Assembly (NCBI RefSeq): GCF_036917355.1
Contig: NZ_JBALDP010000021.1
Coordinates: forward strand, 30,542-94,541
Direction: 5' to 3'
Length of the DNA stretch: 64,000 nucleotides
DNA from: Nostoc sp.
GTDB taxonomy: Bacteria; Cyanobacteriota; Cyanobacteriia; Cyanobacteriales; Nostocaceae
Part shown: one piece after another, positions 39,692 to 49,717 of the stretch
How the letters are laid out: each line of letters opens with the position of its first letter
Position numbering within the stretch: position 1 is the stretch's first letter
The notes under the pieces: generated by a model
The model's input: only the letters and a program-made list of their open reading frames with translations
What the model was told of the DNA's origin: nothing
Databases searched by the model: none
Program-made: the position numbers and the translations under genes

Positions 39692-41068
39692 TTGATAAAT
39701 AATCAAGCGATGCCAATGGCAATTACTTCCTCATATACAAAGGTTCAATATCTCCAGCGCCAAGCAGCCTCACTTTTACTGTACCAATCTGTTCTACAAG
39801 GTGAAGTGGGGATGGCATTTCTGGAACTGTTGCAAGCTATACGTTACACTGAAGCCGATGCACGAGGTTGTCTGCAAGCCTACGGCAGTTACTTTCACGC
39901 TTTGGCTGCTAGAAATCAAAACTGGGAAGACTATTTAATTACTCAAATTCTCTTCTCTGACAATCCTTTTACAAGATTGGCGGGAGTGCGAGAATTTGAA
40001 GATTTGCCCCCAGCTTTAGTAACAGCAGTTCAGCATGATTTACAAGTATTGCAAAGTCTCTATGAGTGTAGCAGCGCTTCTTTGAGCGAGTGGGTACAAA
40101 GCGTAGCTCACATGCCGATTTCACCAGTAGTGTGGTATAAAGAGCAAGAATTGGTAGGAGTAGAGACAAAATTCATTACATATCTACAAGAGTTAGATAA
40201 TTGGGGTGATGCTGTAGAAGAGTTAGCAGCTTATTATCGGCAATGTGGCTCTGGTTTATTTGCAGAATATCGCGCTTTGCGATGGCAATCTGGGCAGTTT
40301 ATCGGTATTAGGTATTCTGACCCGGTTAAACTGAGTTCGCTTGTCGGTTACGAATCTCAAAAAGATGCTTTGCTGAAAAATACAGAGTTTTTATTATCAG
40401 GAGAGATGGCACTGCATGTATTACTTTACGGTAGTCGCGGTTCTGGCAAATCTTCTTTAGTGAAATCTTTGTTGAATGAATATAGCGATGCCTCCGGCAA
40501 GGGCAAAGCCCAACGCAGCCTCCGCTTATTAGAAGTGGCAAAATCTGATTTAAAAGACTTACCAGAAATTGTGGAACATTTACGGGGTGTGTCACAAAAA
40601 TTTATTATCTTTGTCGATGACCTTTCATTTGAAGAAGATGATGATGCTTTTAAAGCCCTTAAGGTAGTTTTAGAAGGTAATTTAACGGCGCGGCCTCAAA
40701 ATGTAGTTGTGTATGCTACTTCCAATCGCCGCCACTTGATTCGGGAGTTTTTTGTAGATAGACCGACTCCCAAGGATAACGAGGAAATCCATGCCTGGGA
40801 TACGATGCAGGAGAAGCTTTCGTTTAGCGATCGCTTTGGTTTAACCTTAACTTTTGAACCAGCCAATCAGAAAACTTATTTAAAAATTGTACAACATCTA
40901 GTGGCACAAGCTGAAATTAATATTACCCAAGAAGATTTGGAATTTCAGGCATTACAATGGGCAACTCGTCATAATGGTCGTTCTGGACGTACAGCACGGC
41001 AGTTTGTTGATTTTTTAAAAGCAGATTTAACACTTTTTAATGCAAATAAAAACATATCCAACACTTAA
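39692..41068 (+). CDS. AAA+ ATPase, DUF815 family, with an in-frame 8-aa SDR insertion
   Basis: LYGSRGSGKSS, IIFVDDLSFE, YATSNRRHL, SFSDRFGL, RSGRTARQF. Confidence 0.85.
   Translation: MINNQAMPMAITSSYTKVQYLQRQAASLLLYQSVLQGEVGMAFLELLQAIRYTEADARGCLQAYGSYFHALAARNQNWEDYLITQILFSDNPFTRLAGVREFEDLPPALVTAVQHDLQVLQSLYECSSASLSEWVQSVAHMPISPVVWYKEQELVGVETKFITYLQELDNWGDAVEELAAYYRQCGSGLFAEYRALRWQSGQFIGIRYSDPVKLSSLVGYESQKDALLKNTEFLLSGEMALHVLLYGSRGSGKSSLVKSLLNEYSDASGKGKAQRSLRLLEVAKSDLKDLPEIVEHLRGVSQKFIIFVDDLSFEEDDDAFKALKVVLEGNLTARPQNVVVYATSNRRHLIREFFVDRPTPKDNEEIHAWDTMQEKLSFSDRFGLTLTFEPANQKTYLKIVQHLVAQAEINITQEDLEFQALQWATRHNGRSGRTARQFVDFLKADLTLFNANKNISNT
40485..40516 (-). mobile_element. 24-nt SDR-type element splitting a HIP1 site inside a CDS
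   Basis: GCGAT|GCCTCCGGCAAGGGCAAAGCCCAA|CGC. Reverse complement TTGGGCTTTGCCCTTGCCGGAGGC matches the 6953-6976 insert at 20/24. Confidence 0.8.
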
Positions 41069-41289
41069 CATTAAAATTTTTTCATTGATGATTACACTTT
41101 TTTGTAACTTACAGAACAATGTTATACAAATTTAACTAAAATCATGAGATTTCATAACAATTATGATACCAAATATAGGAGAAATATCTTGATTGACCAA
41201 ACATAACAATGAATTACAAACCATTTAAAGTAAGTAAGTATTTTATGTATATATGTTTTTTACTGACGAATTACAAATTATAAATTACT

Positions 41290-42627
41290 ATGAGAGCTAC
41301 TTATTCAGATAATTTAACTACGCTAAAAATCAGCAATATGCAATCAGTAACGATCGGCAATAGATTTATACTAGTGATAGTTGCCTTTAGTGTGAGTTTT
41401 GGTCTTAGCCTTGTCCCAAGCTGGGATTTTAATAAAGCCTTTCTCACAGGTGTAATTACTGCCGTTACTATCCATGCAACAGCATTATTCATAGACAAGC
41501 GACGCAGAAATTATGAAATGTTTGTTTTAGGTTCTCTCCGCAAGCGAATTAAAGAAATGGAGGGATTAAAAGCTCGTGTTGTTAGAGAAATAAATCAAAT
41601 TGAAGAACATCATAATTTACTATACGCTGAATCACAACAACTGCAAAATCAAGTTATAGAAAGCCGTAGCCAAAGAGATAGCCTGCATCGAGAATTAAGA
41701 ACATTTGCCGGACAAAAGAAGCAATTAGAAACAGAAGTTAGTAGCCTGCAAACTGAAATTAATAATTTACAGAACAATCAAAATGAATTGAACAATGCTT
41801 TTTCTATCCTCACAGCAGAGAAGCGCCGTTTAGAGTCAAATTGTAATGTATCTCGCGCTGAAATCACCCAATTGCAAAGTCAAATTTCTGAGCTACAACA
41901 CGAGAAACAAGAAATTGAAAGTAATTTAACTCTTTTAGGCAGACTCAAACCCCAGTTAGAAGAAAAATTATACGAACTGCGAATTGCAATTCAAGAGCTA
42001 GAAGTTGAGACAACCCAAAATAATCAATTGCTTGTAGCAACCAAAACCGAAAGAGAAAATATCGAAGCTACGCTGAGTTCTTCTAAAACCCAACTAGCAG
42101 AACACAAAGCTGAATTACAGCAATTACAAGCACAAGTTTCATTATTGCAAGAAGAACGAGACTCATTACAAAATCAAGTATGGGAATTACTACAACAAGT
42201 AGAAACATTTAATCCAGAGCCTTTGTCTGATAATTCCCAAGAGTATGATATCGAATTGTTTCCATTTTCGGAAATAATTGAATCTTCAGATGTCATTGAA
42301 AATTCGAAAGTTGAGACATCAGAAAATATCCCCGAAGAATGGACTAACTTTCTCGGAAATATTCCAGGACATGAGTTACAAGTATTAAAAGCTATAGTTG
42401 AACAAGATAATCCCAATAGTGCTATTAAAAAAATTGCCGAAGCAAATATTACTATGCCAAATTTATTAATCGATTCTATAAATGAACGAGCAAATGATAC
42501 TATTGGTGAATTAATAATTAATTCTGATTTGGAAAGTCCAAAAGTTTATCAGGAGTATATAAAAAATGTCAAAAAAATGATTGCGATGTATGAAGGTCTC
42601 ATGGCTAGACATACTTCGTCAAATTAA
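41290..42627 (+). CDS. TM + long coiled-coil + TerB_C-domain protein (SngA-like)
   Basis: Two N-terminal hydrophobic helices, heptad coiled coil, C-terminal EEW..F...LQVLKAIVEQ...MPNLLIDSINERANDTIGELII. Confidence 0.75.
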   Translation: MRATYSDNLTTLKISNMQSVTIGNRFILVIVAFSVSFGLSLVPSWDFNKAFLTGVITAVTIHATALFIDKRRRNYEMFVLGSLRKRIKEMEGLKARVVREINQIEEHHNLLYAESQQLQNQVIESRSQRDSLHRELRTFAGQKKQLETEVSSLQTEINNLQNNQNELNNAFSILTAEKRRLESNCNVSRAEITQLQSQISELQHEKQEIESNLTLLGRLKPQLEEKLYELRIAIQELEVETTQNNQLLVATKTERENIEATLSSSKTQLAEHKAELQQLQAQVSLLQEERDSLQNQVWELLQQVETFNPEPLSDNSQEYDIELFPFSEIIESSDVIENSKVETSENIPEEWTNFLGNIPGHELQVLKAIVEQDNPNSAIKKIAEANITMPNLLIDSINERANDTIGELIINSDLESPKVYQEYIKNVKKMIAMYEGLMARHTSSN

Positions 42628-42721
42628 ATTGTTATTGCCGTCGTAAGATTTAGTAGTAAGATGATGTACCTTACCTACTTACTGCGTGCTTCTGCGTTTA
42701 GAATAAAGTGAAGTGTAATAC

Positions 42722-44050
42722 ATGGCAAAGCTCAAAATCTCGAAGAAAATCTCCACTGCTTTAATCAATTCCCTTGGTGCGGGAGTAGTACCAAGAGTGG
42801 GAGTTGAATATATCGCAGTAGGTCGAGAAAAAGAACTCAAAAGCCTATTACAAAATCTCGATGATATTGCAGAAGGTGTCGCGGCATTCCGCTTCATAAT
42901 TGGTAACTACGGTTCTGGGAAAAGTTTTTTATTACAACTAATTCGCAACCGTGCGATGGAGCAAGGTTTTGTCGTAGCTGATGCTGATTTATCCCCAGAA
43001 CGCCGATTAGCTGGAAGCAACAATGAAGGTGTAGCGACTTATCGAGAATTAATGAGCCACCTAGCTACAAAAACTCGTCCTGATGGTGGTGCTTTAGTCT
43101 CAATTTTAGAAGGATGGATTAATAAAATTCAACAAGAAGTGGTTAAAGAAACTGAAATGCGTCCTAATGACGATGGTTTTGATGACCAAGTTGAAGCGAA
43201 AATTAGAGAAGTAGTTCAGTATATTGAAGATTTAGTTCACGGCTTCGATTTTGGTAGCGTGATTATCGCTTATTGGCGTGGCTATCGAATGGATGATGAT
43301 AATTTAAAAAATGCGGCGATGCGCTGGTTGCGGGGAGAATTTACTACTAAAGTTGAGGCGAAAGCAGCTTTAGGAGTGCGGGTAATTATTGATGATGATA
43401 GTTGGTATGACTATATAAAACTGTTTGCAAAATTTGTCGCTGAAATTGGCTATAAAGGACTGTTAATTTTAGTTGATGAAGCCGTACATTTATATCAAAT
43501 ATCTACCACCGTTACACGAGAAAAGAATTACAATCGACTCCTCACAATGTTTAACGACACCATGCAGTGCAAAGCAGAACATCTTGGCATTGTTGTTGGT
43601 GGAACAACCAAGTTTTTAGAAGACCCCAAACGCGGACTTTTTGCAGACCAAGCTTGGCAAAGACGCACAAAAGAAAGCCGTTTTGTTGCCCAAGCTAATG
43701 TTCAGGAACATTTAGGGCCAGTGATTCGGCTAAATCCGTTGAGTGAAGCAGAAATATTGACGCTTCTGCAACGTTTAGCTGAGATTCATGCACTTAATTT
43801 TGGGTATGAACAGACTTTGACAAATCGTGAGTTGAAGGAGTTTGTACAAGAAATTATTAATCGCTTGGGTGCAGAAGCATTACTTACACCAGGGGAAATT
43901 GTACGAGATTTTATGAGTGTGCTGAATATTCTTCACCAAAATCCAGGAATTGTGTTTGGTGAATTAATTCATGGCTCTAAATTTAAACCTACTGCTATGG
44001 GTAAAGATGCAGAAGTAGATGAGGATGGGGCGGCAGAATTTAGTTTGTGA
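42722..44050 (+). CDS. DUF2791/BrxD-like P-loop ATPase (SngB-like)
   Basis: SLGAGVVPRVG, VGREKE, IGNYGSGKSF, DLSPERRL, LLILVDEA. Confidence 0.85.
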   Translation: MAKLKISKKISTALINSLGAGVVPRVGVEYIAVGREKELKSLLQNLDDIAEGVAAFRFIIGNYGSGKSFLLQLIRNRAMEQGFVVADADLSPERRLAGSNNEGVATYRELMSHLATKTRPDGGALVSILEGWINKIQQEVVKETEMRPNDDGFDDQVEAKIREVVQYIEDLVHGFDFGSVIIAYWRGYRMDDDNLKNAAMRWLRGEFTTKVEAKAALGVRVIIDDDSWYDYIKLFAKFVAEIGYKGLLILVDEAVHLYQISTTVTREKNYNRLLTMFNDTMQCKAEHLGIVVGGTTKFLEDPKRGLFADQAWQRRTKESRFVAQANVQEHLGPVIRLNPLSEAEILTLLQRLAEIHALNFGYEQTLTNRELKEFVQEIINRLGAEALLTPGEIVRDFMSVLNILHQNPGIVFGELIHGSKFKPTAMGKDAEVDEDGAAEFSL

Positions 44051-44101
44051 TTAATGATGAAGAGACTGAACAATAAAAGTAAGCACATTACTCTACAAAG
44101 T

Positions 44102-45478
44102 TTACTTTTTTGTAATTGGTAAGCCTAGCCAATCACTAAGTTCATGAGCTAGCCAATCAAGTTCTAAAAGAGTTACAGTAAAAAGATCGAGTTCATTACT
44201 GGAAATTACATATTTTTTTATACCTGCCCATATTGTTAAATAATATTTATTGAAATCACTTTTGTTTATATCTAAACGTAGAATATCTTGTCTAGAACTT
44301 GGAAGCGGATTGTGACGTTCAAGCTTAAATATTTTATAAATCAAATAAATCTGCTGTCGATTGATGTAAAGTCGCTTTCGCCCAAATACACATATATAAA
44401 TCAGAATAAAAGCTACAGGGGAAATTACTAAAATACCTCTAAGTAAACTACTCCCATCACCACCTAAAACCGGAATACTCATCATAAAAAGTATAAAAAA
44501 GTAGAGAATTATAAATGTAAGTGTTTGAATAGATAATAATCCTGCGCCTGGAATGATAATTTCTATAAAATTAGCATTCTTATTCAACAAAATTTTACTA
44601 CCATGAGGTTTTTTAGGAATTGAATTAATTGCCGTGCCCCTAAGCTGACTCTGATTATCCTCTAAGCTTCGCATAGCATCTTCAGTGGAAGCCAAGCGTT
44701 GACTCATAATAGGTTCTGTCATCTGCCTTAACCAACTGCTAAAACCAAGACTAATATTAGCAGCCTGTTCAAATTCAATTCGTAGGTCTGTTTGTGGTAA
44801 ATCGCCTGGATGCTGACCTGTTACTAAATAAATTAAAGTTGCTCCTAAACTGTAAAGGTCAGAAGCACAGGTAGCTCTACCATTAAATTGTTCTGGTGGC
44901 ATATAGCCGTAACTTCCCACAACTGTCATAGTACTGCTTGTTCTGGCGATGGTTTGCACTGAACCAAAATCTACTAAGTAGACTTCACCCACACTATTAC
45001 CAGAGCGATTTGTTAATAAAATATTACTTGGTTTGATATCACGATGAATTACGGGCGGTTGACGACCATGCAGATATTTGAGAATTTCTAGAATCGCTTT
45101 TGCTAGTTCCTTAACTTCTTCTTCACTGAAACTACGCCCAGCTTTTAGTTGTGCTTCTAGAGATTGGGCTGGGATATAACTTTGTACGAGTGCAAATCCT
45201 TTACTGTTGGGTGAATCTAGCTCAAAGTAGTTAAGGTAGCGGGGAATAGCTGGGTGGGATAGTGCTTTGAGAGTTTCAGCTTCCCGCTCAAACAGTTTGA
45301 GGTCGTTCCATTCAAATTCATTACCAAAAGACAGTATTTTGACCACTACTAATTTTAGAGTTTGTAAGTCACGAGCTAGCAGCGATCGCCGTCCGGCTTT
45401 TTTGCCTAGTTCCTGTTGCACTTGATACCTTTCCAACAGGATTTCTTGGTGAGAATCTGGCGATTCTTGACTTGTCAT
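44102..45478 (-). CDS. Hanks-type Ser/Thr protein kinase with C-terminal TM helices
   Basis: VVVKIL, HRDIKPSN, LVDFG, GSYGYMPPEQF, DLYSLG; hydrophobic C-terminal region. Confidence 0.9.
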   Translation of the reverse strand: MTSQESPDSHQEILLERYQVQQELGKKAGRRSLLARDLQTLKLVVVKILSFGNEFEWNDLKLFEREAETLKALSHPAIPRYLNYFELDSPNSKGFALVQSYIPAQSLEAQLKAGRSFSEEEVKELAKAILEILKYLHGRQPPVIHRDIKPSNILLTNRSGNSVGEVYLVDFGSVQTIARTSSTMTVVGSYGYMPPEQFNGRATCASDLYSLGATLIYLVTGQHPGDLPQTDLRIEFEQAANISLGFSSWLRQMTEPIMSQRLASTEDAMRSLEDNQSQLRGTAINSIPKKPHGSKILLNKNANFIEIIIPGAGLLSIQTLTFIILYFFILFMMSIPVLGGDGSSLLRGILVISPVAFILIYICVFGRKRLYINRQQIYLIYKIFKLERHNPLPSSRQDILRLDINKSDFNKYYLTIWAGIKKYVISSNELDLFTVTLLELDWLAHELSDWLGLPITKK

Positions 45479-45568
45479 TTGCTCATGACTCCAAAGCTTT
45501 GTTGCTTTTATAGCTTTCCTGTTTATTACTGCCCCACTGTAAGATTACTTAAGTCAGCAACAAGTATT

Positions 45569-45690
45569 TAGGTTGGGTGGAGGCTTTGCGTAACCTAACA
45601 TCCTGATATATGTTGGGTTGCGCTCCGCTCCACCCAACCTACATCTAATGAACTATTTTAAGCTTTCGAGACGCGATAAATCGCCGTCTC
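45569..45690. repeat. Two adjacent palindromic REP-like elements
   Basis: TAGGTTGGGTGGAG...CTCCACCCAACCTA (45569-45641) and GAGACG-CGATAAATCGC-CGTCTC (45668-45690). Confidence 0.65.
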
Positions 45691-45812
45691 TACAAGTGTT
45701 TTAATCAATCGATGGTATTGTGCGATCGCAAATCGTTTCGGTGTCACAGCATTTATGAGACATCTTTCCAATACTATTTGTACACTAGCAGAGATTAAAC
45801 TGACTGGGTTGT

Positions 45813-47051
<1,239 letters not shown>

Positions 47052-47061
47052 CTAATATGGA

Positions 47062-47090
47062 GCGTAGGCGTAGCCCGTCGTAGACATCGC
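47062..47090 (+). mobile_element. 21-nt SDR-type element splitting a HIP1 site (intergenic)
   Basis: GCG|TAGGCGTAGCCCGTCGTAGAC|ATCGC; insert 47065-47085. Confidence 0.8.
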
Positions 47091-47192
47091 GTCAGCCTTT
47101 TACAAGATTTAGTCAGCAGAAGCTATACTTCTATCTTGGATCTTGCATCATTCTCAATAACCGTAGGGTAGTTTTTTAGAGATGAGGTTGTT

Positions 47193-48092
47193 ATGAGTCA
47201 GATTGAACGAGTTGCGATCGTTGGAGGAAACCACGGTAATGAGTTAACAGGAGTACATTTAGTCAAAAAGTTTCAGCAATATCCTAATTTAATTAACAGG
47301 GCAAGTTTTGAAACTCTGGCATTACTTGGCAATCTCAAAGCTATTGAAGAAGGCAAACGATACATTGAAAAAGATTTAAATCGTTGTTTCACTAATCAAG
47401 GTTTACAAAATCCCCAACTCTCAAGTTATGAAGATATGCGGGCAAAAGCAATTCAACAGATATTGCAACCGCAAAATCAGCCCTTTGTAGATGTAATTGT
47501 TGATTTGCACAGCACAACTGCGAATATGGGGTTAAGTCTGATTTTTTGTGATATGCATCCTTTCTTGCTGCGGTTAGGTGCTTATTTAAGTTCTATCAAT
47601 CCTTTGGTGAAAGTCTTTATTAATCAAGAATCCAAGGAAAATGGTTTTCTCCGTTCTTTGTGCGAATTGGGTTTTGTTATAGAAGTTGGGGCTGTGGCTC
47701 AAAATGTTTTAAACGCCGAATTATTTCAGGAAACAGAACAGCTTATTTATGCAGTTTTAGATTATTTTGAAGGGTGCAACCAGGGGAATATTCCGCAGAC
47801 AACCAACCACCTTACACTTTATAAATACATTGAAACTGTCGATTATCCAAGAAGCGATGCCTACGATGAGCTGCGTCTACGCGGGGAAATTCAAGCCATG
47901 ATTCACCCCCAGCTTCAGTTTAGAGATTATCAACCTTTGCATCCAGGCGATCCAATGTTTCTGACTTTTGAAGGAAAAGATATTTTCTATGAGGGAGCGT
48001 CTACTGTATATCCTATTTTTATTAATGAAGCAGCTTACTACGAGAAAGGAATTGCCATGTATTTAAGTCAAAAGCAGGAAGAAATAGTTTAA
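47193..48092 (+). CDS. Aspartoacylase (M14-like Zn deacylase) with an in-frame 7-aa SDR insertion
   Basis: [33 protein letters not shown]. Confidence 0.9.
   Translation: MSQIERVAIVGGNHGNELTGVHLVKKFQQYPNLINRASFETLALLGNLKAIEEGKRYIEKDLNRCFTNQGLQNPQLSSYEDMRAKAIQQILQPQNQPFVDVIVDLHSTTANMGLSLIFCDMHPFLLRLGAYLSSINPLVKVFINQESKENGFLRSLCELGFVIEVGAVAQNVLNAELFQETEQLIYAVLDYFEGCNQGNIPQTTNHLTLYKYIETVDYPRSDAYDELRLRGEIQAMIHPQLQFRDYQPLHPGDPMFLTFEGKDIFYEGASTVYPIFINEAAYYEKGIAMYLSQKQEEIV
47854..47882 (-). mobile_element. 21-nt SDR-type element splitting a HIP1 site inside a CDS
   Basis: GCGAT|GCCTACGATGAGCTGCGTCTA|CGC; insert 47859-47879 encodes AYDELRL. Confidence 0.8.
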
Positions 48093-48293
48093 TTTGTTCA
48101 TCACCTTCGCCTCATTTTTATCTCTATTTTTATTCCCTAACACCCCTAAACCAAAAATCCCAGAACTAAATTTAAAGCTGTATGAATAAGTTCCCAGTAG
48201 TCTGACTCTAGTACACCAAGCAAACCCAAAATACGACTACGATCAACAACACGAATTTACCCAACATCAATAAAACCGTCTTGGCAATTAATA

Positions 48294-49088
48294 TCAATTT
48301 TCTGCTCGCAATAACCAAAAGCCGCTATAAGTCATACCAGAATCATCGGGTTGGACTAACAGAAAATGCAATCCTCGGCTTTGCTGCTTGCGTTGTTCAA
48401 ATGCTTGGGCTGCTGTTGTAACTTCTGGATCTTCAAATGTGGCAACAATCCATCTATCCACCAAGCTAGCTTCTAATATTAAGCCATCCGGTGCGCCAGA
48501 AATGTAGTTCAAGCTGACGGCACGGGCTTGCTGCAACCACCGTGCTAGACGCATTGATTGCCGTCCCCCATAAATGACTACACCAGGAACGGGGACTGTA
48601 GATGCCAAACCTAAATTGATGGGTTTGAAATGTTCTGGGATATGCAAAATGGGAATAGGGCGATCGCTAAATCTCGTTTCTACATCACTAGCAGCTAAAC
48701 TTGCAAAACGCCATTGTTCTCCCCAGAGGTTTTCTGGTAATGGTGCTGGGGGTGGTTTATCCAGCGTTGAGGGATATTGCTTTTCTTGTAACCACTGCTT
48801 TAACGCCAAGGTGTGGCGGGTAGGTTCGACATTTATACTTAAGTTGCGTCCAGCCGCCTCAATTAAGCTTAGAGACTGAGGACGAAATACCTGAATTACA
48901 TCTGGCAATTTTTCACCAGCAGCTAGCTCAAGTTGAGTCGCAACCCAATTAGAATTTGCTGCTGACTGGAGACAGGTGGCTTCATATTGAAAGCTGCGAG
49001 TTGCGTCACAAATCAACAACTCCCATAAAATTTGTCCAGACGCATCTTGTGAGGGACGACGATAAAAATCAACCTGCCAAATTTTCAT
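48294..49088 (-). CDS. Tab2/Atab2-family RNA-binding protein (DUF1092)
   Basis: MKIWQVDFYRRP, WELLICD, FRPQSL, LPENLWGEQWRF, GVVIYGGRQSM. Confidence 0.85.
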   Translation of the reverse strand: MKIWQVDFYRRPSQDASGQILWELLICDATRSFQYEATCLQSAANSNWVATQLELAAGEKLPDVIQVFRPQSLSLIEAAGRNLSINVEPTRHTLALKQWLQEKQYPSTLDKPPPAPLPENLWGEQWRFASLAASDVETRFSDRPIPILHIPEHFKPINLGLASTVPVPGVVIYGGRQSMRLARWLQQARAVSLNYISGAPDGLILEASLVDRWIVATFEDPEVTTAAQAFEQRKQQSRGLHFLLVQPDDSGMTYSGFWLLRAEN

Positions 49089-49099
49089 AATTATGTGGG

Positions 49100-49271
49100 C
49101 ATTGGGCATTGGGCATTGAGGTATGGGAGAGATCGATGAGAGTTAAAACTGAAAGTTTTAGGTTCAGAGGCTCAATGTTCATGCTCAGAGGTTCAACTTC
49201 CGAGTTCAGAGGCTCAATGTTAATGCTCAGAGGCTCAACTTCCGAGTTCAAAGGTTCAACATTCAATCTCA
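49100..49271. repeat. STRR (GGGCATT)3 plus a 42-bp tandem repeat (about 2.6 units, 21-bp subperiod)
   Basis: GTTCAGAGGCTCAATGTTCATGCTCAGAGGTTCAACTTCCGA starting at 49162, 49204 and 49246 (partial). Confidence 0.8.
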
Positions 49272-49293
49272 TCTTCCCATGCCCAACACCAAT

Positions 49294-49563
49294 TTATAAA
49301 GCCTGAATCCATTCTTTGACAGAATATTCAGTCCAGATGCCATTTTTCCAGTAGGGGTCATTTTCAATCAGCTGGCGTACAGTAGCTTCGTCTTCGGCTT
49401 CGTAAATCCCAAAAACTTTTGTGACATCCTTGGTGGGGCCAATAGTAATGAGTACACCGGATTCTTTCTGTTTTGCTAATCCGTCTAAATGAGCTTCACG
49501 GTGGGGGGCGCGTTTTTCGAGAACGTCTTCGCAGTAAGTTCCCCAGAGTACATATTTAGGCAT
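49294..49563 (-). CDS. YciI-family protein
   Basis: RAPHREAHL, IGPT, DPYWKNG. Confidence 0.85.
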   Translation of the reverse strand: MPKYVLWGTYCEDVLEKRAPHREAHLDGLAKQKESGVLITIGPTKDVTKVFGIYEAEDEATVRQLIENDPYWKNGIWTEYSVKEWIQAL

Positions 49564-49573
49564 AGCTAAGACT

Positions 49574-49643
49574 ATTTTGGATTTTGGATTTTGGATTTTG
49601 GATTTTGGATTTTGGATTTTAGATTTTGGATTTTAGATTTTGC
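49574..49643. repeat. STRR heptamer array (ATTTTGG) x about 10
   Basis: Counted directly; two units read ATTTTAG and the last is degenerate. Confidence 0.9.
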
Positions 49644-49717
49644 AGCCAGTGCATCGGGGAGTAAGAAATGATTAATTTCTCACTCCTAGCAAATGACAAA
49701 CAACAAATGACAAATGA

